A stretch of DNA of 64,000 nt from Squalus acanthias. Lineage: Eukaryota. Numbering within the stretch: the first letter of the stretch is position 1; every line of letters begins with the position of its first letter. Made by a program: the position numbers and the translations under genes. The DNA lies in the NCBI GenBank assembly GCA_030390025.1, contig CM059432.1:83950001-84014000 (forward strand), read 5' to 3'. The notes below the pieces were generated by a model. That model did not search any database and was not told where the DNA came from. It was given only the letters and a program-made list of their open reading frames with translations. Of this stretch, positions 1-13,980 are shown piece by piece.

Positions 1-803
1 CCCCAGGGCCTGATAATCTGCATCCCAGAGTACTAAAAGAGGTAGCCATGGAAATAGTTGATGCATTGGTTGTCATCTTCCAAAATTCTATAGATTATGG
101 AACAGTTCCTGCAGATTGGAGGGTGGCAAATGTAACTCCACTATTTAAAAAAGGAGGGAGAGAAAAAACAGGGAACTACAGACCGGTTAGCCTAACATCA
201 GTAGTAGGGAAAATGCTAGAGTCTATTATAAAGGATGTGATAACAGGACTCTGCAGTTTTGGTCTCCTTACCTAAGAAAGGATATACTTGCCACAGAGGG
301 AGTGCAGCGAAGGTTCACCAGACTGATTCCTGGATGGCAGGACTGTCGTATGAGGAGAGATTGGGTCAACTAGGCCTGTATTCACTAGAGTTTAGAAGAA
401 TGAGAGGGGATCTCATTGAAACATATACAATTCTGACAGGGCTAGACAGACTGGATGCAGGGAGGATGTTTCCCCTGGCTGGGGGGTCTAGAACGAGGGA
501 TCACAGTCTCAGGATACGGAGTAGGACATTTAGGACTGAGATGAGGAGAAATTTCTTCATTCAGAGGGTGGTGAACCTGTGGAATTCTCTACCACAGAAG
601 GCTGTGGAGGCCACATCACTGAATATATTTAAGAAGGAGATAGATAGATTTCTAGACACAAAAGGCATCAAGGGGTATGGGGAGAGAGCGGGAATATGGT
701 ATTGAGGTAGAGGATCAGCCATGATCATATTGAATGGTAGTGCAGGCTCAAAGGGCCGAATGGCCTATTCCTGCTCCTATTTTTCTATGTTTCTATGTTT
801 CTA
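1..803 (+). mobile_element. CR1 LINE 3' part, internally deleted near 250
   Basis: WRVANVTPLFKKG..NYRPVSLTS joined directly to the C-terminal LYSLEFRRMRGDLIE segment; short tandem tail (CTATGTTT)n. Confidence 0.9.
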
Positions 804-2252
804 TTTAGTTGGAAAGAGAAACCAGAAACCAGAAATGAACTTAAAGCAAAATACAAAGGAAGAGGGCATGAATCTGAACTTTCCAGGATTGATTTGTTGA
901 ACTATCCATCAATTATTTCTTTGAATCATAGAATCATTGAATCATACAGCACAAAAGGAGGCCATTCAGCCCATCGAGCCTATGCCAGCTCTTTGAACGA
1001 GCTATCCAATTATTCCCACTTCCCTGCTCTTTGCCCATAGCGTTGCACATTTGAATTTGAACATGATACAAAAAAGCTCTCAAAAGAGCATTAGATACAT
1101 TATCTATCAAAGCATAGTAACTGTGAAGACTCAACATAAACCAATTTACACTGGTAAATGCAATTTACAAGACCATTCTGATTTCCCTGAGATGATGTTC
1201 ACTCCAAGGTCTCAGGTAAACTCTTCCAGGTTCACTTAAATCAAGACATGTACACAAATCTAAATTAATTTAAATCAATCTAAATTTGGTTTACATTCTT
1301 ACAAATTTGGTTTGGGATTGGCATGTGTTTGCTGATTCCATGCACTTCCCGTTTATAATGATGTTTAAATTGAACTAATACAGTTAGCACGTGATTTATA
1401 GCAAGTCAGTATATTTCATGAACCCGATGCAAGAGCAATTTGCACTGTTTATTCAGAGGCCAGAAATTCAGACAGTAATCTGCATGTAAGCATAATTATA
1501 TGGCATATCAAATTTTAATTCATTATATATCTACTTGAAAGCAACATATAGCTCCAAAACCTTTCTATGGAGACAATAGAGGTGTGAACATCAAAATAGC
1601 CAGATCAGTTAGTAATTAGTTCCATTAGTTTTAACTTCCACATGGAAACCTTTAACTTATAAGAAACATAAGTAAAGTATAAACATACAAATCTAATTTT
1701 CTTGTTTTTGGCAGCTGTGACACAGATCAGCCACAACTTTTCACAGAAGGGAATATGTGTCATATGGCCATTCTAGTAGCAGCTAAACTACTCTGCCTGC
1801 TGTCATGAAGGAAATTGTCTCTGTGGCATTCGGGTGTGAGAGACCTGGTCAATTTGGGCTAAATAGCATATAATGGGAGAATAATCTCTTGTTGTTAATG
1901 TTACTGCTAATGTGTTAATTGCGATGTGTGAAAATTCAAATGATGATCCTGAAATCTGTATGCATCTCTGAGGAAAATGGCTAGCAGGCTGCTTCTTCTG
2001 AGCTATGATGTACTCGAGATATAATTTGACCATAATCCTGCAAATGTGATTAAAACATCATGAAATATTGTAACTTCTTGCATGCTGTCAGAAATTAGCT
2101 TTTTTTGTGAATCTGTGCAAAAAAATGCAAATTCCGACAGTTTAAAATATCAATTTTGCATTTGAAAATTGCGCTGGTGGCAGAAATCTTACAGGAGCAG
2201 GAGTGAGAGGTTTTTGCCACGGGTCAGGGTATTTAACAACAATGTGCGGCTC

Positions 2253-3560
2253 TTTTTTGTTATTCGCTTATGGGATCTGGGCGTCGCCGGCAAGGCCAGC
2301 ATTTATTGCCCATCCCTAGTTACCCTTGAGAAGGTGGTGGTGAGCCGCCTTCTTGAACCGCTGCAGTCCATGTGGTGAAGGTACTCCCACAGTGCTGTTA
2401 GGTAGGGAGTTCCAGGATTTTGACCCAGCAACGATGAAGGATCGGCGACATACTTCTAAGTCAGGATGGTGTGTGACTTGGAGGGGAACTTGGAGGTGGT
2501 GGTGTTCCCATGCATCTGCTGCCCTTGTCCTTCTAGGTGGAAGAGGTTGCAGGTTTGAGAGGTGCTGCCGAAGAAGCCTTGGCGAGCTGCTGCAGTGCAT
2601 CTTGTAGAAGGTACATACTGCAGCCACGGTACGCCAGTGGTGGAGGGAGTGAATGTTTAAGGTGGTGGATAGGGTGCCAATCAAACGGGCTGCTTTGTCC
2701 TGGATGGTGTCGAGCTTCTTCAGTGTTGTTGGAGCTGCACTCATCCAGGCAAGTGGAGAGTATTCCATCACACTCCTTACTTGTGCCTTGTAGATGGTGG
2801 AAAGGCTTTGGGGAGTCAGGAGTTGAGACACTCGCCACAGAATACCTAGCCTCTGACCTGCTATTGTTGCCACAGTATTTATGTGGCTGGTCCAGTTAAG
2901 TTATGGGGAGGTGGTTAGACTCTCGCTTGTTGGAGATAGTCATTGCCTGGCACTTCTGTGGTGCGAATGTTACCTGCCACTTATCAGCCCAAGCCTGAAC
3001 GTCGTCCAGGTCTTGTTGCATGCGGGCATGGACTGCTTCATTATCTGAGGAGTTGTGAATGGCGCTGAACACTGTGCAGTCATCAGTGAGCATCCCCATT
3101 TCTGACCTTACGTTGGAGGGAAGGTCATTGATGAAGTTGCTGAAGATGGTTGGGCCTAGGACACTGCCCTGGGGAACTCCTGCAGCAATGTCCTGGGGCT
3201 GTGATGATTGACCTTCAATCACCACAACCATCTTCCTTTGTGCTAGGTATGACTCCAGCCAGTGGAGCATTTTCCCCCTGATTCCCATTGACTTCAGTTT
3301 TACTAGGGCTCCTTAATGCCACACCTTGAGGTCAAGGGCAGTCACTCTCACCTCACCTCTGGAATTCAGCTCCTTTGTCCATGTTTGGACCAAGGCTGTA
3401 ATGAGGTCGGGAGCCGAGTGGTCTTGGCGGAACCCAAACTGGGCATCAGTGAGCAGGTTATTGGTGAGTAAGTGCCGCTTGATAGCACTTTTGATGACAC
3501 CTTCCGTCACTTTGCTGATGATTGAGAGTAGACTGATGGGGCGGTAATTGGCCGGATTGG
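2253..3560 (-). mobile_element. Non-LTR retrotransposon 3' part (CR1/L2-superclade RT; clade uncertain)
   Basis: QFGFR, GVPQGSVLGP, DD, WADKWQVTF and YSPLAWMSAAPTTLKKLD motifs, disrupted. Confidence 0.9.
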
Positions 3561-3780
3561 GTCTGCTAGCTATCCACAGTGCACTCTCACTATTTTTCTC
3601 ATTGCTGTAAAATGTGCTTCCACAGTGCTAAGGTAAATGGTTAACATTTTAAAGAAGCAGCAGGGGAGCTCAATATTCCAGTGGCAAAGAGGAAAACCAA
3701 CATTTTCCATTGGCTAATTTTGCTTCCATCCATTGACTAATTGAAAGAATATACACAGCAACCACTGCCTGTGATGCACT

Positions 3781-4729
3781 GCAGTGTCCTCGGCCCAACC
3801 ATCTTCAGCTGCTTCATCAATGACTTTCCCTCCAACATAAGGTCAGAAATGGGGATGATCGCTGATGACTGCACAACTCCTCAGATAATGAAGCAGTCCA
3901 TGCCTGCATGCAACAAGACCTGGACGACGTTCAGGCTTGGGCTGATAAGTGGCAGGTAACATTCACGCCACAGAAGTGCCAGGCAATGACTATCTCCAAC
4001 AAGCGAGAGTCTAACCACCTCCCCATGACATTCAACGGCATTACCATCGCCGAATCCCCCACCATCAACATACTGGGGGTCACCATTGACCAGAAACTTA
4101 ACTGGACCAGCCACATAAATACTTTGGCAACAAGAGCAGATTAGAGGCTAGATATTCTGCGGCAAGTGTCTCACCTCCTGACTCCCCAAAGTCTTTCTAC
4201 CATCTACAACGCACAAGTAAGGAGTGTGATGGAATATTCTCCACTTGCCTGGATGAGTGCAGCTCCAACAACACTCAAGAAGCTCGACACCATCCAGGAC
4301 AAAGCAGCCTGCTTGATTGGCACCCCATCTACCACCTTAAACATTCACTCCCTCCACCATCGGCGTACCGTGGCTGCAGTGTGTACCATCTACAAGATGC
4401 ACTGCAGCAACTCGTCAAGGCTTCTTCGGCAGCACCTCCCAAACCCGTGACCTATTCCACCTAGAAGGACAAGGGCAGCAGATGCATGGGAACACCACCA
4501 TCTCCAAGTTCCCCTCCAAGTCACACACCATCCTGACTTAGAAGTATATCGCCGATCCTTCATCGTCGCTGGGTCAAAATCCTACCTAACAGCACTGTGG
4601 GAGTACCTTCACCACATGGACTGCAGCGGTTCAAGAAGATGGCTCACCACCACAAGGGCAATTAGAAATGGGCAATAAATGCTGGCTTTGCCAGCGACGC
4701 CCACATCCCATAAACAAATTAAAAAAAAA
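3781..4729 (+). mobile_element. Second copy of the same LINE family, opposite orientation
   Basis: Same motifs; reverse complement of ~2253-3165; A-rich tail. Confidence 0.9.
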
Positions 4730-5575
4730 TTCCAATCAACATTTACCACGAGCCAGTCTGTCAATATTGCTTTTTACTAACTTGCTCCCCAGCTCCTGTA
4801 CAGTTTCTGCACCCCATTTCCTTTAGAGTCTTGCTTTCCAAGTCTCTGTTCTTCGTGCACCTTTAGAATCATTGGCTTAGAAATTGGTTCATGCCCGCTG
4901 TGCTGAAAATGATCTGCAAGTGGACCACATGAAATTGTTCCTCTTGCATGAAAGGACGCGACCAGCATGGTGGGGATGCCGGCATCGGGCCTATGATGAA
5001 TCTGGCGGGGGGGGAGCGTAAAAATTGGGAGCGAGATGAATGTTGGCTGGCATCCAGCCTACACCCCTGCTTCTCCCGGCTCCAGCTGCTTCAGCTAAGT
5101 AAACACTTTATTCTTTACATTTAAGGACCACTGGTTTGGCTGCTTTAAGCTACAGAAAACGAGTCAGTCACGCTCCAATTTCCCAAAGGGACGTGAAATA
5201 GGCCTAAACGGGAGCTGCATGGTCCAACAATGAGCCATTGTTTCCTGCGTTCTTTTAAAGTCCTGCTCCTCGAGTAATTGAGGATTTTACTCCCCAGCTG
5301 ATCGAGAATCCCCCTTCATTCTTGATATGTGTCCTCTGTCTCCTTTGTATTCTCACTACTGCTGCCCAGTCTTCCCATGAAACAGCTCCAAAGTGGTCGA
5401 AAATAGAGGGCAAATAAAACTGTTGAGAATAAGTTAAGCAAGAGGCAACAAAGGGAGAGTGAAAAGTAAGAGGAGAGTAAAACAAGTGTGAGAGAGAAAG
5501 GTGAGGGAGGAGAGAAAGAGAAAATTGGAGGAGACAAAAGCGAGGGAGGTGAATAACAAGTGGGGAAGAGAGATA

Positions 5576-6258
5576 GGGGGAAAAATTGGGTAGCTTTGTG
5601 CCTCCCGTCAGTGCCCCCAGGGGGCGCAATGCCCCTAGTGCCTGGGCGTGGCGCTGTAACAACTCCCGCGAAATTCAGCGGGAGGTTAGCGGCAGTGGTA
5701 GCCAATAGCACCCTGCGGCGCTGCGCTACCGGCGATGACATCATCACCGTGTGCAGCGCCCTGGCTGCAAACTTCCCTTGCGCCCCCTGACCTATCGCCG
5801 GACGATATGTCCGACCAGTTCAGGGGGCATTTTGGCAGCAGCGGTGGCGCAAATTAAACGGCAGGTGCCGGGCGGCCATTTTTCTTTTAGCTGACTGCCA
5901 GCACCTGCTCCTTCTTACCTCTGTATGTGGAGTGCCGGCTGCGACCGCTCAGTCCGGCACTCCTCTTGAGTGCCGGGCTGTTTTCCCGGCACCCCGCTCC
6001 CCGTTGGTCCAGCAGGGCCCCGGTGCGTGCAGCGCTAGGCCCCTCCCCTTTAATCGGGGGAGGAGGCCTGCAATGACGCAGTGCTACGTGTCGCTGTGCA
6101 TGGTGTGGTTGCATGTAGCGCCGCGAAATTCACTGGTAGCGCCCCAATAAGGAGGGGGAGCACTTTCCAGTAGCGCCCCACCTCCTGCTTGGGGCGTTAC
6201 TACTGAATTTACGGTGCAGGGGTGCTAACTTTGTTGGGCGCCACCAAATTTTTCCCCC
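5576..6258. mobile_element. GC-rich non-autonomous DNA transposon (Harbinger-type termini)
   Basis: 12-bp perfect TIR GGGGGAAAAATT/AATTTTTCCCCC; related copy in opposite orientation at 22550-23292. Confidence 0.75.
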
Positions 6259-6261
6259 ATC

Positions 6262-7100
6262 GAATCTTAGAATCATAGAAATTTACAGCACAGAAGGAGG
6301 CCATTCGGCCCATCGTGTCTGTGCCGGCCGTAAAAGAACTAGCCAGCCTAATCCCACTTTCCAGCTCTTGGTCCGTAGCCTTGTAGGTTCTGGCACTTCA
6401 AGTACTTTTTAAATGCGATGAGGGTTTCTGTCTCTACCACCCTTTCAGGCAGTGAGTTCCAGCCCCCCACCACCCTCTGGGTGAAAACATTTCTCCTCAA
6501 CTCCCCTTTAATACTTCTACCAATTACTTTATATCTATGCCCCCTGTCTGCTAAGGGAAATAGGTTCTTCCTATCCACTCTATTTAGGCCCCTCATAATT
6601 TTATACACCTCAATTAGGTCTCCCCTCAGCCTCCTCTGTTCCAAAGAAAACAACCCCAGACTATCCCATCTTTCCTCATAGTTAAAATTCTCCAGTCCTG
6701 GCAACATTCTCGTAAATCTCCTCTGTAACCGCTCTAGTGCAATCATATCTTTCCTGTAATGTGGTGACCGGAACTGTACGCAGTATGCTAGCTGTGGCCT
6801 AACTAGTGTTTTATACAGTTCAAGCATAACCTCCCTGCTCTTATATACCATGCCTCAGCTAATAAAGGAAAGCATCCCGTATGCCTTCTTAACCTCTTAT
6901 CTACCTGTACTGCTACCTTCAGGGATCTGTGGACATGCACTCCAAGGTCCCTCTGTGTTTCTCTACACTTCTCATTATCCTACCATTTATTGTGTATTCC
7001 CTTGACTTGTTAGCCCTCCCCAAATGCATTACCTCACACTTCTCCGGATTGAATTCCATTTACCACTTTTCTGCCCACCTGACCAGTCCATTGATATCCT
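6262..7100 (-). mobile_element. CR1 LINE 3' fragment
   Basis: ORF 6348-6851: LYKTLVRPQL..LFSLEQRRLRGDLIE..WNSLP. Confidence 0.9.
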
Positions 7101-8309
7101 CTGAAAGTGAGGGAGGCAGTGAAACAGAACATATGAACATATACACAAAAAGTATAGGAAAGGGCTAGCTGGTCCATCGATCCTGTCCCATCCTGGCATA
7201 ATGTAACTTCTGCACACCATCACCCACATTGCCCTCCCACTACCGCACGTAGTCATGCAATCTCCTGAGACAGGCAAAGAACTAGAGATAACTCTTTTGG
7301 CCAATTTAGGAAAACACCTGGGAAATTCCTCTCTGACCCACGAAGGCAATCAAGCAAGCTTCAGGAAACCATGGTGACTAGGGTGACACAATATCCAATG
7401 ACATACCTACCTTCTATATGTAAATAATGTTTGCCACTCCCAGGAACTTTCCCAGCTCCCTTTTGAATGCTGGCAGCAAATCTGTACTCACTGCACGTCC
7501 TAGCAACTTATTCCAGAGGTCAATGACTCTGAAAAAAGAAGTACCTCCTTGCATTTAACCTAGTTCTATGTTCTATTTTCTATGTTCTATGAAGTGAAGG
7601 AACAGAGAGAAAAACAGAGTGGAGGAGAGAGACAGTGAAACAGCGAGGGAGGAAAGAGTGAAAACTGAAGTGGAGCAGACAGACAGATGTCTTGTGGCAC
7701 TTTTGCCACTATTAGTATCCTTAGTTAGAGAAGTGTGAGAGTTTTTGCTGAAGCCCAGATTCAAAAGTTTAAGAACCACTGAATTAGATAATTTTGTTCA
7801 AATTTATTGTCAAAAGCGAATCTTAAGTGACCGTTGGCTTAAAAAATATAAAAATAAAATAATTCTGCTCCAAAGCTTCAAGATTTTGCTCCAACAAAAT
7901 TAGATGTGCCTTGCTGTGTTTACTAAAAAAAAGGGTATTTTACTTTTCACTTTAGAATTTACAGTAAGTTCTTATGCCACAGACTTCCAGCAAATGCAGT
8001 TGAGGCTGAGATGATTAATTTCTTTAAATACATGGTTGGGAGTAAGATTGGTTGCTATAGGGATATGTATAAACTGGGATGATTAAGTACTCCATAAGAG
8101 GTATACTCTTGTGCTGTTGGGGCAAGAGGAATTGCCTGGTGGGCAATAGAGCAGAATTGAGTGGTAGAGATGGATAATTCACAATAGGGAATCAGGGATA
8201 GTACCGTAAAACTTTCCGTAGGCCTTTTGTTATCACAAGCTTTCTTATGTTCTTTAACTCCCCCAATAGCCAAGTGTGTAAAGTCACAAAATGGTGTAGT
8301 CCTAAACTA

Positions 8310-8660
8310 TACAGACCAAAAGGTTCCAGCTTTGATTTCCAATCTCTGCTGAATTAGATGATGCCATCTGGGGCAGCAATTGGGGCACTACAAATTGGTG
8401 TCAACACCTCTGGACTAGGGAGGGGAAAAGCAGCCATGGTTCCCATTTCAGATCGCTGTCCAGTGATTCCTGCTGGAAAGTGCTCATGTGGACGTCAGGC
8501 TCACCTGTGATGGTCCCATGGTCAAAGCCTGCGGGCTCTCACCCTCTAGGCTCATGCATGAAGAATGGCCACGTGGGTGAGATACTGAAGGTCTGCTGGT
8601 GCCCATGGAACTCTACCCCAACAACGGTCAGCACCTTCAGGAGATGAGGGGAGAAAAGAG
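8310..8660 (+). repeat. Old dispersed SINE-like repeat; related copies near 14960-15070, 29540-29940, 37620-37840, 47200-47430
   Basis: Shared blocks such as TCTAGGCTCA..ATGAAGAATGGCCAC and CACCTTCAGGAGA..GGGAGAAAA seen by eye. Confidence 0.5.
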
Positions 8661-10924
8661 AATTTTTTTAAACAAAAGCTCCCCGAGAGTTCCAATGGAT
8701 TAATGTGCTAGATGGTATAATTTTGAGACATATTTTCCCCTTTTCTGCACTACTCCGTGATTTTCTAACCCCATCCCTCCCAAATAAGGAGTGAAATCGA
8801 TAGTAAATTTTTTGAAAACCAGCTGTTGCTTAGCGCAGCCTGATAAGGCCTTGTTAATGATCTTACAGAGAAAGAGGAGTCAGTTTTCCACTGGGGAAAA
8901 TAGAAATGACCATGTAGGAATTAGCTCACCTGCCGAAGTTAATTCAATGATGGAGCGGGTAAACTATTTGGCAGAATATTTGTTCAATACAGATTTTGCT
9001 TCAATGGTTACATTAACTGGTTCAGTTTTGCCACTGATGGAAGAAGGCTGCAGGAGAGAACAAACTAAACATCTAGCCCATCAACAACATCAGGTCTCTA
9101 ATGCACACACTCACTCATATTTTACTCAGCTGAGCACTAAACTGCCTGATGTATATTTCATTTTCCACCATGGGAAGTCAAAAATTTCAAGGTTTGGATG
9201 TTTGAATAAATATTGCAACTACAAAGAAAGTGAGCACTAATAAATTAACTAAAATTTTCAAGGTTTGAATTATTTTTATCTCATTTTAAAATTCAGAAGT
9301 TGATAACCGCAACAAAAACAACTTGCATTTATGCAGTAACTTTAATGTGGAAAAATGTCCTACGGCACTTCACAGGGGTATAATTTAAAAAAATGGATAA
9401 CAGCAAATACTTTGGTTTCAAGGACATGCATTTATAAATCAGCCTTGCAAAATAATGAAATGGTCATGTTAGAGAACCTGGTTGTATAGATTCACTGCTC
9501 TTAGTTTCCTAACGTTTCCCACTGGAGCTGGATTAACGTCATTGGCCATTACTTGACCAGTTCAACCACTTGAGAGGCACAGATTGAACAGTACTGCAGG
9601 TGAGTCCTGGTTTGGCCAGGTTTCTGTCAGTAAAGCTAATGTAATATTGAATGAGTTCATCCAGTGGAAAAGTGAAGTCATTTAAATCAACAAAAGATGA
9701 CAAGATTATCACTCTGGTTTCTAAAAGTGGGAAACACCCCTCATGATACATAATTTAGCATGCTTATAGGGCAAGAGGAACATAACTTCCAAACTGAAAG
9801 GGACTGAATGGCCAGTTTAGATTATGTCACTGAGTATCCCATTTTAACCCATTTCAAGATTGCTCTGAAACAGAGTAGCATGATCTACGTGTACCCTCTG
9901 TCTGCAGAAAAGGCATGATGGTCAACTATCTTTTGTCTGTAGCTGGAGTTAGATAGGAACATACAAGACTGGAAAAGATCATACACTTAGCACCTTGGAT
10001 AGGCAAATGTCTGCTTAGTCCTCCTCCAATGCCTACACAGCTGCTGCAAATCCTGGCTATTAAATACCTCTTCATCCTCCATCTCCTTAAGGACATGGGA
10101 AATTCCTAGTGGAATGGCCATGCCACCCACAAAGTGCTGTTGGTAATTTTTGGCAAGTTATCTTGAATGATTGGGGAAGAAAACTTAAATTCACTCCAAA
10201 AGAAAGCAACAAATTAAAGATTCAATCGAAACCTTGAGAGAAATAAGGTGCAATGCAAAAAAAACCCCTACAAAAAGTCCAGTAGAACAGTTTTAAGAGT
10301 ACTTCTGGTGGATGTGCAACTGCAGAAGTGAACTGTGCTCCAGATTTTACAGGCATACAGTAATGACGTCATGCTGATGAAGTGACTTATTAGGATTTTC
10401 AGGGCACCAAGGTCTTGCCCCCAAATGTGGCCCTAGTAAGGCTTACATTATGGAGTAGCACAAGCCTCCTGCTCCCCCAGCACAAGCCTGCCAGAAAATC
10501 CAGGGCAAATGGAAAGCTAGAGTTTAGCCCCGGTTTTTCATCACCTCTGCACCTGCCATGCACCTGTGCATGGGAGTGATATTTCAACCCTTAAATCTCT
10601 GTGCTTCTGCTCCCATTTTGATCCTCCCAGTTAATTTCCAGTAAATTAAAATCTTCTGTTACAATTGTATTTGTGCTTAAATATATCTCCCTAATCTGTT
10701 TGCATAATTCAGCATCCATAGTCATATTCTAACATGGTGACCTGTAACAGATTAAAACATCTTGCTTCTTTCTTTTAATATTTCTTATATCAATCCATAA
10801 TGCCACTATCATGTCGATGCTAAATCCAGGTGTACTTATTTCCCTTACCGAAATATATCTTTGTTAACATAAAAAGCAACACCTCCTCATGGTCTATTTT
10901 CTCTTTTTTTATATATCAATCTAT

Positions 10925-11780
10925 GGGCTAGAAATTTGTTTAGGCCTGTTTTCAGGTCCAAAATGGCCAGCGCGCACCAGAGGCTGGATGCCCAAGGCTC
11001 ATCCGAAATTGAACCTCAGCCCAATTGTGGTGAGCTGTGGATGCCAATCAGGCATCCAGAGGCAGCGAAGACAAAAGCATAATACTGCGGATGCTGGAAA
11101 TCTGAAATAAACACTGTTTCTCTCTCTACAGATGTTGTCTGATCTGCTGAGTATTTTCAGCATTTTCTGTTTTTATTTCAGATTTCCAGCATCCGCAGTA
11201 TTATGCTTTTGTCTTTGCTGCCTCTGGATGTTTTTAATCCAGAGGCAGCTCGCTGCTTTCCAGCTCATCAATTTGGGTCAGTTGCATCACCAGCCCTCAG
11301 GTAGGTCCTGGAGGTTGGGGGTGGGGGGAGGGGGGGCGCGAGGAGAACAAGAGGCAGGTGATGCAGGTAGTCAGCAGCCTGCAGTATCACTGTGGAGGCA
11401 AGAGGTGCTCTTGGCTCCACATTTAGATAAAATAAAATTGAAGAACTTAGCTTTTGTTGGCAGTCTTATTAAGAACTGCTGGTTAGGCCTCAGCAAGAGC
11501 ATGAAAAACTAATGGGAGCACGACAGGCACATACTCCACTCAGTGCTAACGAATATCTGAGAGGGCTCCTGAAATAGACGTTAGGCCCCTCCATTACTAT
11601 ATGCAGGGGCCGAACGCCTATTTTAGGCAGAAGCCAGGCAAACCTGAATATCACTCAAGCCAATATGGCATTGGACATATTTCAGGAGCCCTTTGGGCAG
11701 AGGACATAGCCCACAAAATTGGTTGTTATTGCCCCTCTGATATGCCTAAAAACCAGTGAAAAAGGTTCAATTTCACCCCC
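10925..11780. mobile_element. Non-autonomous Harbinger-type element
   Basis: Termini GGGCTAGAAATT / AATTTCACCCCC flanked by a 3-bp TAT duplication. Confidence 0.65.
11053..11249. mobile_element. Penelope-like terminal fragment with inverted arms, nested in 10925-11780
   Basis: 59-bp inverted arms with 1 mismatch; same family as 47791-47927 and 53758-53826. Confidence 0.65.
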
Positions 11781-12520
11781 TATATCTTTTGAGATGTATC
11801 AACTACTCTACGTTCTTATTTAGCCATGATTCTATAATACTTATATCATAATATTTTCAGCTGCATAGAGTTACAAATCATGTAATTTATTCTTATTACT
11901 TTTTGCATTTGTGTATGTTACTTTAAGACCTTTACCTGCACTCGTTAATGCAGTCGCTTCTTGCATTCCCAATCCTGATCTTTCCTTATTCTTTAGTCTA
12001 GCCTAATTCTTAACCTTCTTACTTTAACATGCTCGATATGTGGCTCAATTTAATGTTGTGTTTACTGATCTTCAGATTTCTATCCTCACCCATCATACTA
12101 GTTTAACTCTATTCCCATTGTTATATTTACTTTTACTGCTTGTATATTGGTGCCAGTGTAGTTCAGCTAAGGCCATCTCATTTCCACAGCCTCCCCCTGT
12201 GCTCGAACTTACTCCAATGCCTCCCAAAATAGAAATCTTTCCCTCCTTTATCAGGGCCCTAATTTTCCACTTTGGCAGAATTGTGAAGCAACTTCAAAAT
12301 AATTTCAATATTTTAGGTGGGTTTCCCATGACAATGCCGCATCAGTCGGGAAGCCCACCTCAGGTAGGGAAGAAACTCACTGAGATAGGTCTTGGGTGCC
12401 AGTCACAGTGAAACAGGGCTGACTACCTCCAGGCAGCTGAATAAAAGTGTATTTGTTTTCCTACAATTTAGATTTCATGGGCTGGAGAACTTGAACCATT
12501 CATGCCATGATCACATCAAT

Positions 12521-12750
12521 CCTCCAAGTCACACACCATCCTGACTTAGAAATATATCGCCGTTCCTTCATCGTCGCTGGGTCAAAATCCTGGAACTCCC
12601 TCCCTAACAGCACTGTGGGAGTACCTTCACCACACGGATTGCAGCGGTTCAAGAAGGCGGCTCACCACCACCTTCTCAAGGGCAATTAGGGATGGGCAAT
12701 AAATAATGGCCTTGCCAGCGACGCCCACATCCCAGGAACTAATTTTTTAA
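12521..12750 (+). mobile_element. 3' stub of the 2253/3781 LINE family
   Basis: RSFIVAGSKSWNSLP..FKKAAHHHLLKGN. Confidence 0.85.
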
Positions 12751-13842
12751 AATTCTCTGCAGTGCCCTTAAAATGTAATTCACCTGCTCTGCATGCAATA
12801 GCAACACGGGACATGAGAAACGTACTAACGTTCGTAGCACCCAGCAGTGTTAAGGCACAAATGATGAGAAAAACATCAGACTGTGTTGTTGAATATGCCC
12901 ATCCCAGTCACTTCAAGTGATTGAGGAGAGCTAGAAATCAGTAGCGTGGCTCCCAAAAAATGTCCTGCTTCCGTCTGCTGGAAAGTCCTGGCCTGTATAT
13001 CTAGCCATGCATTTACCTGCCTAATGTAATGATGGATATACTATACAGTGCGTGCAGTTATAGCAAAAAGTTTTTTTTCTTGCTGCTAGTTTTTTCTGGG
13101 GGAGCAGGTGGGTAGGTAGTATCTTCTGGGTGGACAAAATCTGTTCAAACCTTATTAGCCAAGAGGAAAGGGGAATAATTACCCTTGGGTGCTGCTGGGT
13201 CTTTAAACCTAGCTAATTTAGTGGTCGTGCAAATCCAAAGAAAGCAGGCGAGACTGCTCTACTACTTATAGATGTAACCATAATTCTTATCCCTACAGTC
13301 ATACATGCAAAGGTTCTACTTGATGCAAGACAAAATTGTTTTCCAGGCACCAGTAGGGTCCTATTACTTGTGAGTGAAATAAAATAACTGATAGGATTAC
13401 TACCAGCAATTTTAATTTTTTTCAATGATGGGAAGGGATAATGGCAATTAAACGCCATTGCATCTAATGGCATTATCATTGCATTGTCTATTTTGAAAAT
13501 AATAAACAAAAATGCTGCCTCTTCACATACATAACTGGAAACTATAATAGAGCAAGACTCCACATATTTGTTTCTTGGCATTTGAAGAGTGAAGTTGTTA
13601 TAAAATTATATAAAGTTTTCTCAACCAGCCTGCACTTCACTGCTGAGCCCGATGCCCCTCTCTTTACTTTCTAACAGCAGATTATATTGGGCATAAAACA
13701 CCTTAATACCATATTCAGATATAGGGTTTATGTACGCCAATACAATTTTTGGTGGCAAGCATTTGATCTTTTAAAATAGCATGCATTAGTTAAACAACAC
13801 TGCACAATGAAATTGGTTAAATCACATTAGAGTGGCACAGAC

Positions 13843-13980
13843 CTTGCATTTGGTAACTGTAAGGGGCTTGGCCTGGTTGAGGTGCAATAAAGCTTGAACC
13901 ATAACTTAGAAATCCCGTTTGGCCAGGTGACTGCGTTTGAGTCAATCCACCTTCTGTCTTGATGCCTGCCCATAATGCAC
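13843..13980 (-). CDS. EYA1: EYA1 exon: (G)[45 protein letters not shown]
   Basis: gatatag|GTGCATT...CAAG|gtctgt; 138 nt; near-identical to EYA1. Confidence 0.96.

Noticed and set aside
5576..6258. CpG-island promoter (also 22550-23292)
   Set aside because: Bounded by TIRs, present in two related copies, and one copy interrupts a CR1.
8791..9240. 149-aa plus-strand ORF and other short ORFs in AT-rich introns
   Set aside because: No recognisable domain or exon structure; GTG start, antisense to EYA1.
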